DNA from: Nitrosomonas sp.
GTDB lineage: Bacteria; Pseudomonadota; Gammaproteobacteria; Burkholderiales; Nitrosomonadaceae
Direction of reading: 5' to 3'
NCBI GenBank assembly: GCA_021774205.1
Contig: JAJFJI010000152.1
Location: 1-37,589, forward strand
DNA: 37,589 bases
The notes beneath the pieces were generated by a model, which saw only the letters and a program-made list of their open reading frames with translations, ran no database searches and was not told where the DNA came from. Below are positions 8,243-16,654 of the stretch, in pieces; position 1 is the first letter of the stretch; every line of letters begins with the position of its first letter. The translations under genes and the position numbers were made by a program.

Positions 8243-9559
8243 ATGAAAAACAAAGCGACTAAATTGAAAAAAGTGGTATCCGAATGCTTAGCTGATAGAA
8301 CAATTATTGAAACCGTCTACGATATACAAACAAAACAAACAGCCCTGGCTTATTTGAAGGAAGGCAATATTTCAATTAATTCCTCATACGAATCTTCAGA
8401 GGAAGAGAGACTAGAGCCAATTCCCGCCAGCAATAATCTCATCAAGCATGGAGTCGTAGTTTTTGCAGAAAATCCTGAATTCTATGAGTCGGTCGAACAG
8501 CTCATAAACGACATCCAGTCATACATTTATAGATATGTAGATGTGTCAGACCACTTTCGCAAGATCGCCAGCTACTACATCCTCCTGACCTGGATATACG
8601 ATGCTTTCAATGAACTTCCCTATCTTCGGCTGCGTGGTGATTTTGGTTCTGGAAAGACACGAGCACTTTTTGTGATTGGCTCTCTTTGCAATAAGGCATT
8701 CTTTGCCAGTGGGGCTTCAACGGTATCCCCGATCTTCCATACCCTTGATACTTTTAGAGGGACACTCATCTTCGACGAAGCAGACTTCCGCTTCAGTGAC
8801 GAAAAGAGCGAGTTAGTGAAAATTTTCAACAATGGTAACGTCAAAGGATTCCCTGTCCTGCGTACCGCAATGACAATCAAACGAGAGTTTAATCCGCAGG
8901 CATTCAATGTCTATGGCCCCAAGATCGTTGCCATGCGTAAGGCCTTTGAAGACTCGGCACTAGAAAGCCGGTTTCTGACGGAAGAAATGGGTCAAAGCAG
9001 CTTGAGACCTGATATTCCTATTAACCTCCCTGATGTCCAGAAGGATGAGGCAATAGCGCTCAGGAATCAGCTTCTCATGTATCGATTTAAGATGCTTCCT
9101 GCCATCAAGATCGATGAATCATTAATTGATCCTTCACTTTCTCCACGTCTTAATCAAATACTTATTCCGCTACTATCAATTATTGATGATGAAAGACTAA
9201 GAAATGGCATTCGCGAAGCGGTACGTTCGTTTGATCAGAAGCTTTACGCTGAGCGGTCGGCGTCAATGGAGGCAGGGGTGCTTGAAATAATTCAGGAGCT
9301 GTATAAACAAGGCCGAGAAGGTTCTATTGCGGTTTCAGAAATTACTGCTAATTTTATCGGTCGATTTGCCACCGAGTATCAGCGTCCAATAACGACGAGA
9401 ATTATTGGTGGTGTTCTGCGAAAGCGGTTGCGTCTTCTCACATACAAAAGCCACGGAGTGTATGTATTGCCTATCACTGAAAAATCAAAAATTGCAGAGC
9501 TTTCTATCAGATATGGTGTGGTTGATCGTATAGACGAAGAAAAACCGACGTCCGGGTAG
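8243..9559 (+). CDS. P-loop NTPase, probable replication helicase-like protein of a mobile element
   Basis: Walker A GDFGSGKT, Walker B LIFDEAD, ALESRF Arg-finger-like motif, C-terminal wHTH-like region. Followed by ori-like repeats. Confidence 0.7.
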   Translation: MKNKATKLKKVVSECLADRTIIETVYDIQTKQTALAYLKEGNISINSSYESSEEERLEPIPASNNLIKHGVVVFAENPEFYESVEQLINDIQSYIYRYVDVSDHFRKIASYYILLTWIYDAFNELPYLRLRGDFGSGKTRALFVIGSLCNKAFFASGASTVSPIFHTLDTFRGTLIFDEADFRFSDEKSELVKIFNNGNVKGFPVLRTAMTIKREFNPQAFNVYGPKIVAMRKAFEDSALESRFLTEEMGQSSLRPDIPINLPDVQKDEAIALRNQLLMYRFKMLPAIKIDESLIDPSLSPRLNQILIPLLSIIDDERLRNGIREAVRSFDQKLYAERSASMEAGVLEIIQELYKQGREGSIAVSEITANFIGRFATEYQRPITTRIIGGVLRKRLRLLTYKSHGVYVLPITEKSKIAELSIRYGVVDRIDEEKPTSG

Positions 9560-9690
9560 ACTTGGGGACTTGGGGACGTAAATAACGGATATCAGGAAAC
9601 TGGTATCCGTTATTTCCATGGCTTTGCTAATTAATGATTATATTAATCTCTACATTCTCTGCTTCGTCCCCACGTCCCCAAGTCTACCCG
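9553..9690. repeat. Nested inverted repeats, putative replication origin
   Basis: 26-bp IR at 9553-9578 and 9665-9690 (25/26 match, each arm with two TGGGGAC units), enclosing a hairpin at 9580-9615 (GAAA loop) and an AT-rich stretch. Confidence 0.7.
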
Positions 9691-9789
9691 CGTTATCCCC
9701 AGCGGAAACTTTTCACCACTACTCCAATATGCTAGCACGCGTGACAATGGTAATGCTTCTGCTTAATAACCACAGAAGCAATATATTCC

Positions 9790-10161
9790 ATGAGAAAGAA
9801 TAAAGATAAACCCGCCTTGTGCTACTTGCGCACGCACAGGCGCAATTGGGGTCTTACCCAAAAAGAACTTGCCAAGTTGGTCGGTACGGCAAGTAGTGTG
9901 CAGATTAGCCGCTATGAAAACGGCAAACGCGCCCCCAAAATTGAGGTCGCGCTTGCTTGCCAGGTCATTTTCGGGGTTCCCCCGTCGATCATGTTTCCAG
10001 ACACCTACGCCTTGGCCGAGGAAGAGGTCATGCGGAATATGTATCGAATGGACGAGGCGCTCAGCAACACTATCAGTCTTTCGGGATTACGCAAACGTGA
10101 GTTGTTCACAATCGCATTGAAACGTGCTTTAGACGTATCCCATTCATGCAAAAAAGTATGA
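9790..10161 (+). CDS. Xre/Cro-family HTH transcriptional regulator
   Basis: LRTHRRNWGLTQKELAKLVG...QISRYENGKRAP HTH_3 signature. Confidence 0.9.
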   Translation: MRKNKDKPALCYLRTHRRNWGLTQKELAKLVGTASSVQISRYENGKRAPKIEVALACQVIFGVPPSIMFPDTYALAEEEVMRNMYRMDEALSNTISLSGLRKRELFTIALKRALDVSHSCKKV

Positions 10162-10691
10162 GTGTTGTTTCTCAAGAGAACTTGATTCTCGCAATCTATC
10201 CTTTCAGTCGTGGCTTTGCATTTGTTTTGTTTGAAGGCCCAGAAAGCCCATTTGACTGGGGTGTGAAAGAAATCAAAGAAAAACACCGGAATATTAAAAC
10301 ACTCGAAGCGATTAAGGAATTGATTGATCGCTATTGCCCGGAAGCAATTGTCATTGAGGATACTAGTGATCGTTCTTGTAGGAGATCTTCTCGTATAAAG
10401 AAGCTCTACCGCATGCTCACTCACTTAGCTACAGCCGAACATGTTGATCTATATCGTTTTCCTAATACGTCCGTTAAACAGTACTTTGCTGTTGTCGGCG
10501 CAGTTACCAAGTATGAAATCGCTCAAGCTATTGGATTGCAGATACCTGCCTTTAGTCACAGACTGCCAAGAGTACGTAAACCTTGGATGAGTGCTGATCC
10601 GCGGCAAAGTTTGTTTGATGCAGCTGCGCTTGGTCTTGTTTTCTATGGGAGTAGGGGGATACCAAGTCCTTTTGATGCTGACTCAGCATAG
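10146..10691 (+). CDS. RuvC/RNase H-fold-like protein, first catalytic Asp apparently replaced
   Basis: ILAIYP..RGFAFVLFE, PEAIVIE, KYEIAQAI and FDAAALGL parallel the RuvC pattern ILGIDP..G, P..AIE, K..V...V, DALAIA. The true start may be ATG 10158. Confidence 0.6.
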   Translation: MQKSMSVVSQENLILAIYPFSRGFAFVLFEGPESPFDWGVKEIKEKHRNIKTLEAIKELIDRYCPEAIVIEDTSDRSCRRSSRIKKLYRMLTHLATAEHVDLYRFPNTSVKQYFAVVGAVTKYEIAQAIGLQIPAFSHRLPRVRKPWMSADPRQSLFDAAALGLVFYGSRGIPSPFDADSA

Positions 10692-10759
10692 TTAAAAATT
10701 TTCCTTGTCATCGAGGAGTACCGAATTTCCGGTATTCCTCACGTGACAAGGAGGAAATT

Positions 10760-11677
10760 ATGCGTAACAAAGCATTAGGTAGTATCAAGGCAGATATTTA
10801 CACCAAGATCACCAACGAAATTATTAGTGCCATTGAAGCTGGTACGGCTGATTTTGAAATGCCCTGGCATAAACAGGCGCATGCTGGTGTGCCACGCAAT
10901 CCGGTAACGAAAAAGTTATATCGTGGAATTAACACATTGACACTGTGGATTGCTGGTCGGAAAGAAGGATACGCCAGCTCACGTTGGGCATCGTACTTGC
11001 AGTGGAAATCGCTGGGAGCGCAGGTGCGACAAGGAGAGAAAGGTTCAACCATTATCTTCTATAAGCGGGAGGAGGAAGATGAAAATTCTGAAGAGGAGGA
11101 GACACAGAATCAGGCGAGAGCAGTGATTCGCTATTCCCATGTTTTTAATGGGGATCAGGTGGAGGGATGGTCGGCAGATGAATCATCTGGTACGGTAAAT
11201 CATACCAAATTCGCCAAGGCTGTTTGCTTTATTAATTCGCTTGGAAGTGATATTCGACACGGAAGCGACACTGCTTATTATAGTCCAGCCTTGGATCGTA
11301 TTTTTATGCCGGACCAATCGGTTTTTCGCGATACAAATTCAGGGTCAGCTACTGAAAGCTATTTTTCCGTGCTTTTCCATGAGCATATTCATTGGTCTGG
11401 CCATTCTGCACGGCTCAGTCGTGATTTATCTGGAAGATTCGGATCAAGCAGCTATGCCATGGAGGAATTAGTGGCCGAGCTTGGTGCTTCATTTCTTTGC
11501 GCTGCGCTTGATATCAACACGTATCCGAGACCAGACCATGCTGCGTACATTGCCAGCTGGCTTAAAGTGCTCAAAGAGCACAAATCAGCGATCTTTGTGG
11601 CTGCTAGTGCGGCCTCAGTGGCAAGTCAGTTCTTGGAGTCCTTGGTTACGCAAAGCAGTATTGAAAAGACTGCATGA
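10760..11677 (+). CDS. ardC: ArdC-family antirestriction / ssDNA-binding protein with a zincin-like domain
   Basis: MPW, YRGIN, W..Y.QW...GAQVR.GEKG, VFN..Q, HE.IHWSGH..RL.R, YA.EELVAELGA.FL, HAAYIASWL. Confidence 0.92.
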   Translation: MRNKALGSIKADIYTKITNEIISAIEAGTADFEMPWHKQAHAGVPRNPVTKKLYRGINTLTLWIAGRKEGYASSRWASYLQWKSLGAQVRQGEKGSTIIFYKREEEDENSEEEETQNQARAVIRYSHVFNGDQVEGWSADESSGTVNHTKFAKAVCFINSLGSDIRHGSDTAYYSPALDRIFMPDQSVFRDTNSGSATESYFSVLFHEHIHWSGHSARLSRDLSGRFGSSSYAMEELVAELGASFLCAALDINTYPRPDHAAYIASWLKVLKEHKSAIFVAASAASVASQFLESLVTQSSIEKTA

Positions 11678-11691
11678 CGAATAGTTCTTTT

Positions 11692-11718
11692 AAACCCGGC
11701 GAGATAGCCGGGTTTTTT
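11692..11718 (+). terminator. Intrinsic terminator after ardC
   Basis: AAACCCGGC-gagata-GCCGGGTTT followed by a T tract. Confidence 0.85.
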
Positions 11719-11854
11719 ATATACAATTTTTTACCTTACACCATCAGACTCCTGACCTGAAGATAAGCACGACATAGTGACATACTTTAAGTCGCAAATA
11801 GTAATAAAAATAGGGATGTTTCTTTTAGATAATCAGCTTTAGAAGGTGGTACAT

Positions 11855-11882
11855 TTGCAATTTATGTGCAGTATCATATACT
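11855..11882 (+). promoter_or_regulatory. Putative promoter of the RM operon (probably leaderless)
   Basis: TTGCAA-16 bp-TATACT ends 7 nt before ATG 11890, with no SD. Confidence 0.45.
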
Positions 11883-11889
11883 CATGTAT

Positions 11890-12474
11890 ATGAAATTAAA
11901 AGAAATTGCCACTGTTATCGCCGGATACACCTTCCGAGGTGCTATTAATCCGGACAAAAGTGGCAACCTTTTTGTATTTCAAGCCAAGGATCTGGTTCAA
12001 GGCGAATTCGTGACTGATGTGACCGCTCTTACACCAATTACTCTGGACACCGTTGGCTATAATGGTTATCTCAAGACGGACGATGTGCTTATTGTTGCGC
12101 GAGGAATGAAAGCGAGAGCATTTCGATCGACGATATTCAAATCTGATGCATCGAACGTTATTACATCATCATCGGTGCATATTATCCGCATCACTGCTCC
12201 TGGCGTATTGCCCGAGTACGTTTCGCATTACTTTAATTCAAAAAAAGGACAAAGCTCGCTGTCGGAGATTGTCACAGGCTCATACATAGGGGTGCTTCCC
12301 CGTCGGGCGTTTGAACAGTTGGAAATACCGGCACCCGATATACGGGAGCAAAAAATAATCACTGACCTTTATCGCAATATGCAAACGCAACAGAAAATAT
12401 TGAATCGGAGGAATGAATTGAAGCAACAAATACTCGACGCAACCTTTACAAACATAACAAGACACCATGACTAA
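11890..12474 (+). CDS. Half-size (single-TRD) type I RM specificity-subunit-like protein
   Basis: MKLKEIATVIAG start, DDVLIVARG, VLPEYVSHYFNS, LEIPAPDIREQ conserved-region motifs. Overlaps the hsdM start. Confidence 0.75.
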   Translation: MKLKEIATVIAGYTFRGAINPDKSGNLFVFQAKDLVQGEFVTDVTALTPITLDTVGYNGYLKTDDVLIVARGMKARAFRSTIFKSDASNVITSSSVHIIRITAPGVLPEYVSHYFNSKKGQSSLSEIVTGSYIGVLPRRAFEQLEIPAPDIREQKIITDLYRNMQTQQKILNRRNELKQQILDATFTNITRHHD

Positions 12475-13975
12475 AAAATTCACTCAGGAAGAACTCAATA
12501 AAATCCTCTGGGCTGCTGCCGATTCGTCTCGCAGTCAGTTGGCGGCTGAAACGTACAAGGACTACGTTTTGCCGATGTTGTTTTTTAAGTACCTGAGTGA
12601 TCAGAATAAGAAAAAGTATAACGAGTACAAGGAGCGCTTTGGAAACAATGAAAAGCGTATCGAGGAGAAGATGAAACTCGATCGCTTCTATCTCCCCCCA
12701 AAATCATCATTCGATTATATCTACAGCAAAATTGAAGAGGACAACATAGGAGATGAAATAAACAAAGCGCTGCGTCGCATTGAAGATGCAAACGGTGAAA
12801 AACTCGAAGGTGTCTTTAGTGTTGATTTCAACTCTGAGTCGGTGCTTGGTAAGTTGACACAGCGTAACAAAATGCTTCGCCACCTTATTCAGGACTTTGC
12901 AAAGATTGACCTTTCGGATGTGGGTGACGACATCATCGGTAACTCATACATGTACATGATTGAACGCTTTGGTGCTGATGCTGGCAAAAAAGCCGGTGAA
13001 TTTTTCACGGTTCGTTCGGTGGCTCAGCTGGTTGCTATGCTTGCTGAACCAAAGAAGGGTGATCGTATCTGTGATCCAGCCTGTGGCTCGGGGGGTCTCC
13101 TCCTCTTGGCAGGTGAAGAAGTGGAAAAGAAAGGCTCAAACAACTATGCGCTCTACGGCCAAGAATCGACAGGCTCTACATTTCAGCTTGCTCGTATGAA
13201 TATGTTTCTGCACGGAAAGGATTCGGCACGTCTTGAATGGGGTGATTCGCTCAATAATCCACTCCTCGTTGAGAGTGACCAGCTGATGCGCTTTGACGTC
13301 GTCGTAGCTAATCCCCCATTCTCGCTTAAGAAATGGGGCGCAGAACACGCGGAATCAGACACATACAATCGCTTTTGGCGAGGAGTTCCACCAAAAGACA
13401 AAGGAGACTTTGCTTTTATTACGCACATGATCGAAACCGCAAAGCCAAAAACTGGACGTGTGGCAGTCATCGTTCCGCATGGCGTACTCTTCCGCGGTGG
13501 AGTTGAAGGCAAGATTCGTGAACAATTGATCAAGGAAAATATCGTTGAGGCAGTAATCGGCCTACCGGCAGGGCTCTTTCAAACCACAGGTATTCCCGTT
13601 GCAATCCTTGTTCTTGACCGCTCCCGAGAAAAAGGCGGTGTCAATGAAAAGAAAAAAGACATCTTCTTTATTGAAGCGTCGAAGGAGTTCAAGTCAGCCA
13701 AAGCGCAAAACATTCTCACCGATGAGTATATCGAAAAGATTCACGCTACCTACCTGAAGCGAAAGGATGTAGAGAAATTTGCTCGCAAGGTAGATCCTGC
13801 TGAGATTGAAGAGAATGACTACAATCTCAACATCACACGGTATGTTGATACGTTTGAGGAAGAGACACCAGTCGATATCAGTGCGAATCTCAAGGAACTT
13901 GCTGAACTCGATCCAGAACTACAGAAGCTTGAGAAGCAGATGGCCGAATACTTAAAAGAGCTAGGGATCAAATAA
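12467..13975 (+). CDS. hsdM: Type I RM methyltransferase subunit M
   Basis: GEFFT, DPACGSGG SAM-binding motif, NPPF catalytic motif, PHGVLFRGG, YNLNITRYV. Confidence 0.97.
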   Translation: MTKKFTQEELNKILWAAADSSRSQLAAETYKDYVLPMLFFKYLSDQNKKKYNEYKERFGNNEKRIEEKMKLDRFYLPPKSSFDYIYSKIEEDNIGDEINKALRRIEDANGEKLEGVFSVDFNSESVLGKLTQRNKMLRHLIQDFAKIDLSDVGDDIIGNSYMYMIERFGADAGKKAGEFFTVRSVAQLVAMLAEPKKGDRICDPACGSGGLLLLAGEEVEKKGSNNYALYGQESTGSTFQLARMNMFLHGKDSARLEWGDSLNNPLLVESDQLMRFDVVVANPPFSLKKWGAEHAESDTYNRFWRGVPPKDKGDFAFITHMIETAKPKTGRVAVIVPHGVLFRGGVEGKIREQLIKENIVEAVIGLPAGLFQTTGIPVAILVLDRSREKGGVNEKKKDIFFIEASKEFKSAKAQNILTDEYIEKIHATYLKRKDVEKFARKVDPAEIEENDYNLNITRYVDTFEEETPVDISANLKELAELDPELQKLEKQMAEYLKELGIK

Positions 13976-13981
13976 TTAATT

Positions 13982-14854
13982 ATGAGTGTTTCCACAAAAT
14001 TTCAAAATTTTTGTTCAAATATTCGCATTAAATCTAATGTGGCTGGTGATATTTCGTATAGATATAAAAGAATGACGAAGCAGCTGAACAAAGATTTTTG
14101 GGATACGGAATCTGATACGAGTCACAGCTTGTATGTTGGTTCATACGGGCGTGACACAGAGGTAGGTGTGAGCGATATCGATATGTTGTTTCAATTACCT
14201 TACTCAAAGTACCAACAATACAATGGTTACGCAGGAAATGGACAATCCGCTCTTCTGCAGGAGGTAAAAAAGTCGATTGAGAAAACTTACTCAGTTACAA
14301 AGCTTGGCGCTGATGGACAAGTTATCGTCGTGCCATTTACCGACGGAATAGTGTTTGAAGTTGTCCCAGCATTTGTAAATAAAGACGGGAGCTTCACTTA
14401 TCCTGATACGAATGATGGGGGGAAATGGCGCTCAACGAACCCAAAACCAGAAATTGAGGCTATACGTAAAGTCAATTCTGAAACGAATGATAATCTGAAG
14501 AACCTTTGCAGAATGATGCGCGTATGGAGAGATAAATGGGATGTGCCAATGGGAGGTTTGCTGATTGATACACTAGCATATCAGTTTATAAAGGGATGGG
14601 AGTATCGAACAAGTTCATACACCTATTATGATTGGATGACACGTGACTTTTTTGATTACTTAAAGAATCAGGACTCAACCAAAAGTTATTGGTTGGCTCC
14701 TGGTAGTGGTCAGTACGTTTGGCGAAAAGGTAATTTTGAATACAAAGCAACACGTTGTTGTAACATCGCTAAAGAAGCTATCGATTATGAGGTACAGAAG
14801 ATGTCCTATTCGGCCGACAGTAAGTGGAGGGAAATTTATGGGTCAAAATTTTAA
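13982..14854 (+). CDS. SMODS / cGAS-DncV-like nucleotidyltransferase (CD-NTase-like)
   Basis: VGSYGRDT...SDIDML Pol-beta motif, third acidic residue in FEVVPAF, W..TNP, LCRMMRVWRD. Adjacent to a SLATT gene. Confidence 0.9.
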   Translation: MSVSTKFQNFCSNIRIKSNVAGDISYRYKRMTKQLNKDFWDTESDTSHSLYVGSYGRDTEVGVSDIDMLFQLPYSKYQQYNGYAGNGQSALLQEVKKSIEKTYSVTKLGADGQVIVVPFTDGIVFEVVPAFVNKDGSFTYPDTNDGGKWRSTNPKPEIEAIRKVNSETNDNLKNLCRMMRVWRDKWDVPMGGLLIDTLAYQFIKGWEYRTSSYTYYDWMTRDFFDYLKNQDSTKSYWLAPGSGQYVWRKGNFEYKATRCCNIAKEAIDYEVQKMSYSADSKWREIYGSKF

Positions 14855-14857
14855 TAT

Positions 14858-15429
14858 ATGGATATAAAGAATCTTTCAATAATTAGACAATCATTCGCAA
14901 GTACAGTGTTTACACACAAGGTTCAAGAAATTGCAGCTGAAAATCAAGAAAGCAAAGTCTTTATTGTAAAAATCATGAACGTACTACTTGTTTCAACTGT
15001 GCTAATACTTCTAGTTATTCAGGTATCTCATCCAGAAAATCTTATATTTACCTATATTGGTGCAGGTATTACGGTTGCAGAAATTATCTTCCTCATAATT
15101 CAGCTATCTTTTAACTTCGAGCAACGAGTGGTTGCTCACAAAAATTCTGCATTAAAGTACATGGGGTTACGAGATGCTTACAGGTCTTTGATTGCCGATG
15201 TAATGAATGAGAATATCTCTGGTGCTGAAATTGATACACGAAGAGATCTTTTGCAGCGAGAGTATCAAATTATTAGTGATCTTGCTCCTCAAACAAGCAG
15301 TAAAGAATACACAGAAGCACAAATGAGGCTTAATAAGCGAGGCGCTGTGTTTGAGAAGAATTTACTTGGTCAGATGAAGAGATAGACAGATTCCTACCAG
15401 AAGCTCTAAGAATAAAAAATGAAAAATAG
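14858..15429 (+). CDS. SLATT-family 2TM effector, apparently frameshifted near 15350-15354
   Basis: FTHKVQE, two TM helices, HK.SA.KY..LRD.Y.SLIAD, APQT. The typical tail EEFTWSDEEIDRFLPEALR lies in the -1 frame (stop 15427-15429); the annotated frame stops at 15385. Confidence 0.8.
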
Positions 15430-16648
15430 AATAACACAACAGAATATTCCTAGTGGGTGGAAGTTAGTTACACTTGGCGACCTTTTTGAATTTAAAAATG
15501 GACTCAATTCTGAAAAGGAAAATTTTGGTCATGGGATTCGCTTTATTAATATCATGGAAATACTAAAACATGATTTCCTGGTGGCTGAAAATATTCCAGG
15601 ACGCATCAATGTTAATCCAAAAAGAAATGAGGAAAACTTAGTTGAGTATGGAGATGTTTTGTTTAATCGAACATCTGAAACTCCCAAGGAGGTTGGGATG
15701 ACTTCTGTTTATCTTGATACCGAACCAGTTGTATTTGGGGGGTTTGTCATACGTGCTAAATCAAAGTCAAATGAATTAAATGATCTTTTTAAGAAATACT
15801 GCTTTTCGTCAACAAATTTTAGAAAGGAAGTTATTAAAAACAGTCAGGGTGTCGTAAGGGGAAATATTGGACAGAATAATCTTAGAAAAATTTCGTTTTT
15901 ACTACCGCCCAGAAAAGAGCAGGACAACATTGTATCAATACTTGAAACATGGAGTCAGGCGATTGAGAAACTGAAGCGGAAAATTGAAATCAAGGAAGAA
16001 GTTAAGAAAGGTTTGATGCAAAAATTACTTATTGGCAAGATCCGGTTGCCTGGATTTAAAGGAACGTTGAAAGAAATACAGTTCGGAGATCTTTTTGACG
16101 AGCGATCAGAGAGGGGTGCCTTGGGTCTTCCTCTTCTATCAATTACATCAGATAAGGGTGTAATCTATCAATCTGATTCAAATAAGAAAGATACTTCTAA
16201 TTCAGATAAATCAAAATACCTTCGTATACGTCCAGGTGATATAGGGTACAACACCATGAGGATGTGGCAAGGGCGTAGTGCAATTTCTAGTATGGATGGA
16301 CTTGTTAGTCCTGCATATACAATACTTACCCCGAAAGAAAATGTTGATTCTCGATATTTTGCGTATTTATTTAAGATGCCACGAATAGTCAATTTCTTTT
16401 TCCAAAAATCACAAGGCTTGGTAAGCGATACATTGCAATGTCGGTACAGAGATTTCTCGATAGTAAAATATCCTGTTCCTGATTTCGATGAGCAGACCGC
16501 GGTTGCAGATCTGCTCACTTCTGCAGATAGAGAAATTATTGGACTTGAACAAAAACTTGCCATTCTCACAGATCAAAAGAAATATCTCCTCAACAATCTA
16601 ATCACTGGAGCTATTCGGCCCTCTGAATCATTGCCAATTCTTAAATAA
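15419..16648 (+). CDS. hsdS: Type I RM specificity subunit S (two TRDs)
   Basis: IPSGWKLVTLGD, PPRKEQ..I, KKGLMQKLL.GKIRL, P...EQTAVAD, KKYLLNNLITG. Confidence 0.95.
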   Translation: MKNRITQQNIPSGWKLVTLGDLFEFKNGLNSEKENFGHGIRFINIMEILKHDFLVAENIPGRINVNPKRNEENLVEYGDVLFNRTSETPKEVGMTSVYLDTEPVVFGGFVIRAKSKSNELNDLFKKYCFSSTNFRKEVIKNSQGVVRGNIGQNNLRKISFLLPPRKEQDNIVSILETWSQAIEKLKRKIEIKEEVKKGLMQKLLIGKIRLPGFKGTLKEIQFGDLFDERSERGALGLPLLSITSDKGVIYQSDSNKKDTSNSDKSKYLRIRPGDIGYNTMRMWQGRSAISSMDGLVSPAYTILTPKENVDSRYFAYLFKMPRIVNFFFQKSQGLVSDTLQCRYRDFSIVKYPVPDFDEQTAVADLLTSADREIIGLEQKLAILTDQKKYLLNNLITGAIRPSESLPILK

Positions 16649-16654
16649 ACTATC

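Noticed and set aside
9618-9803. 61-aa ORF
   Set aside because: It overlaps the ori-like inverted repeat and has no recognisable features.
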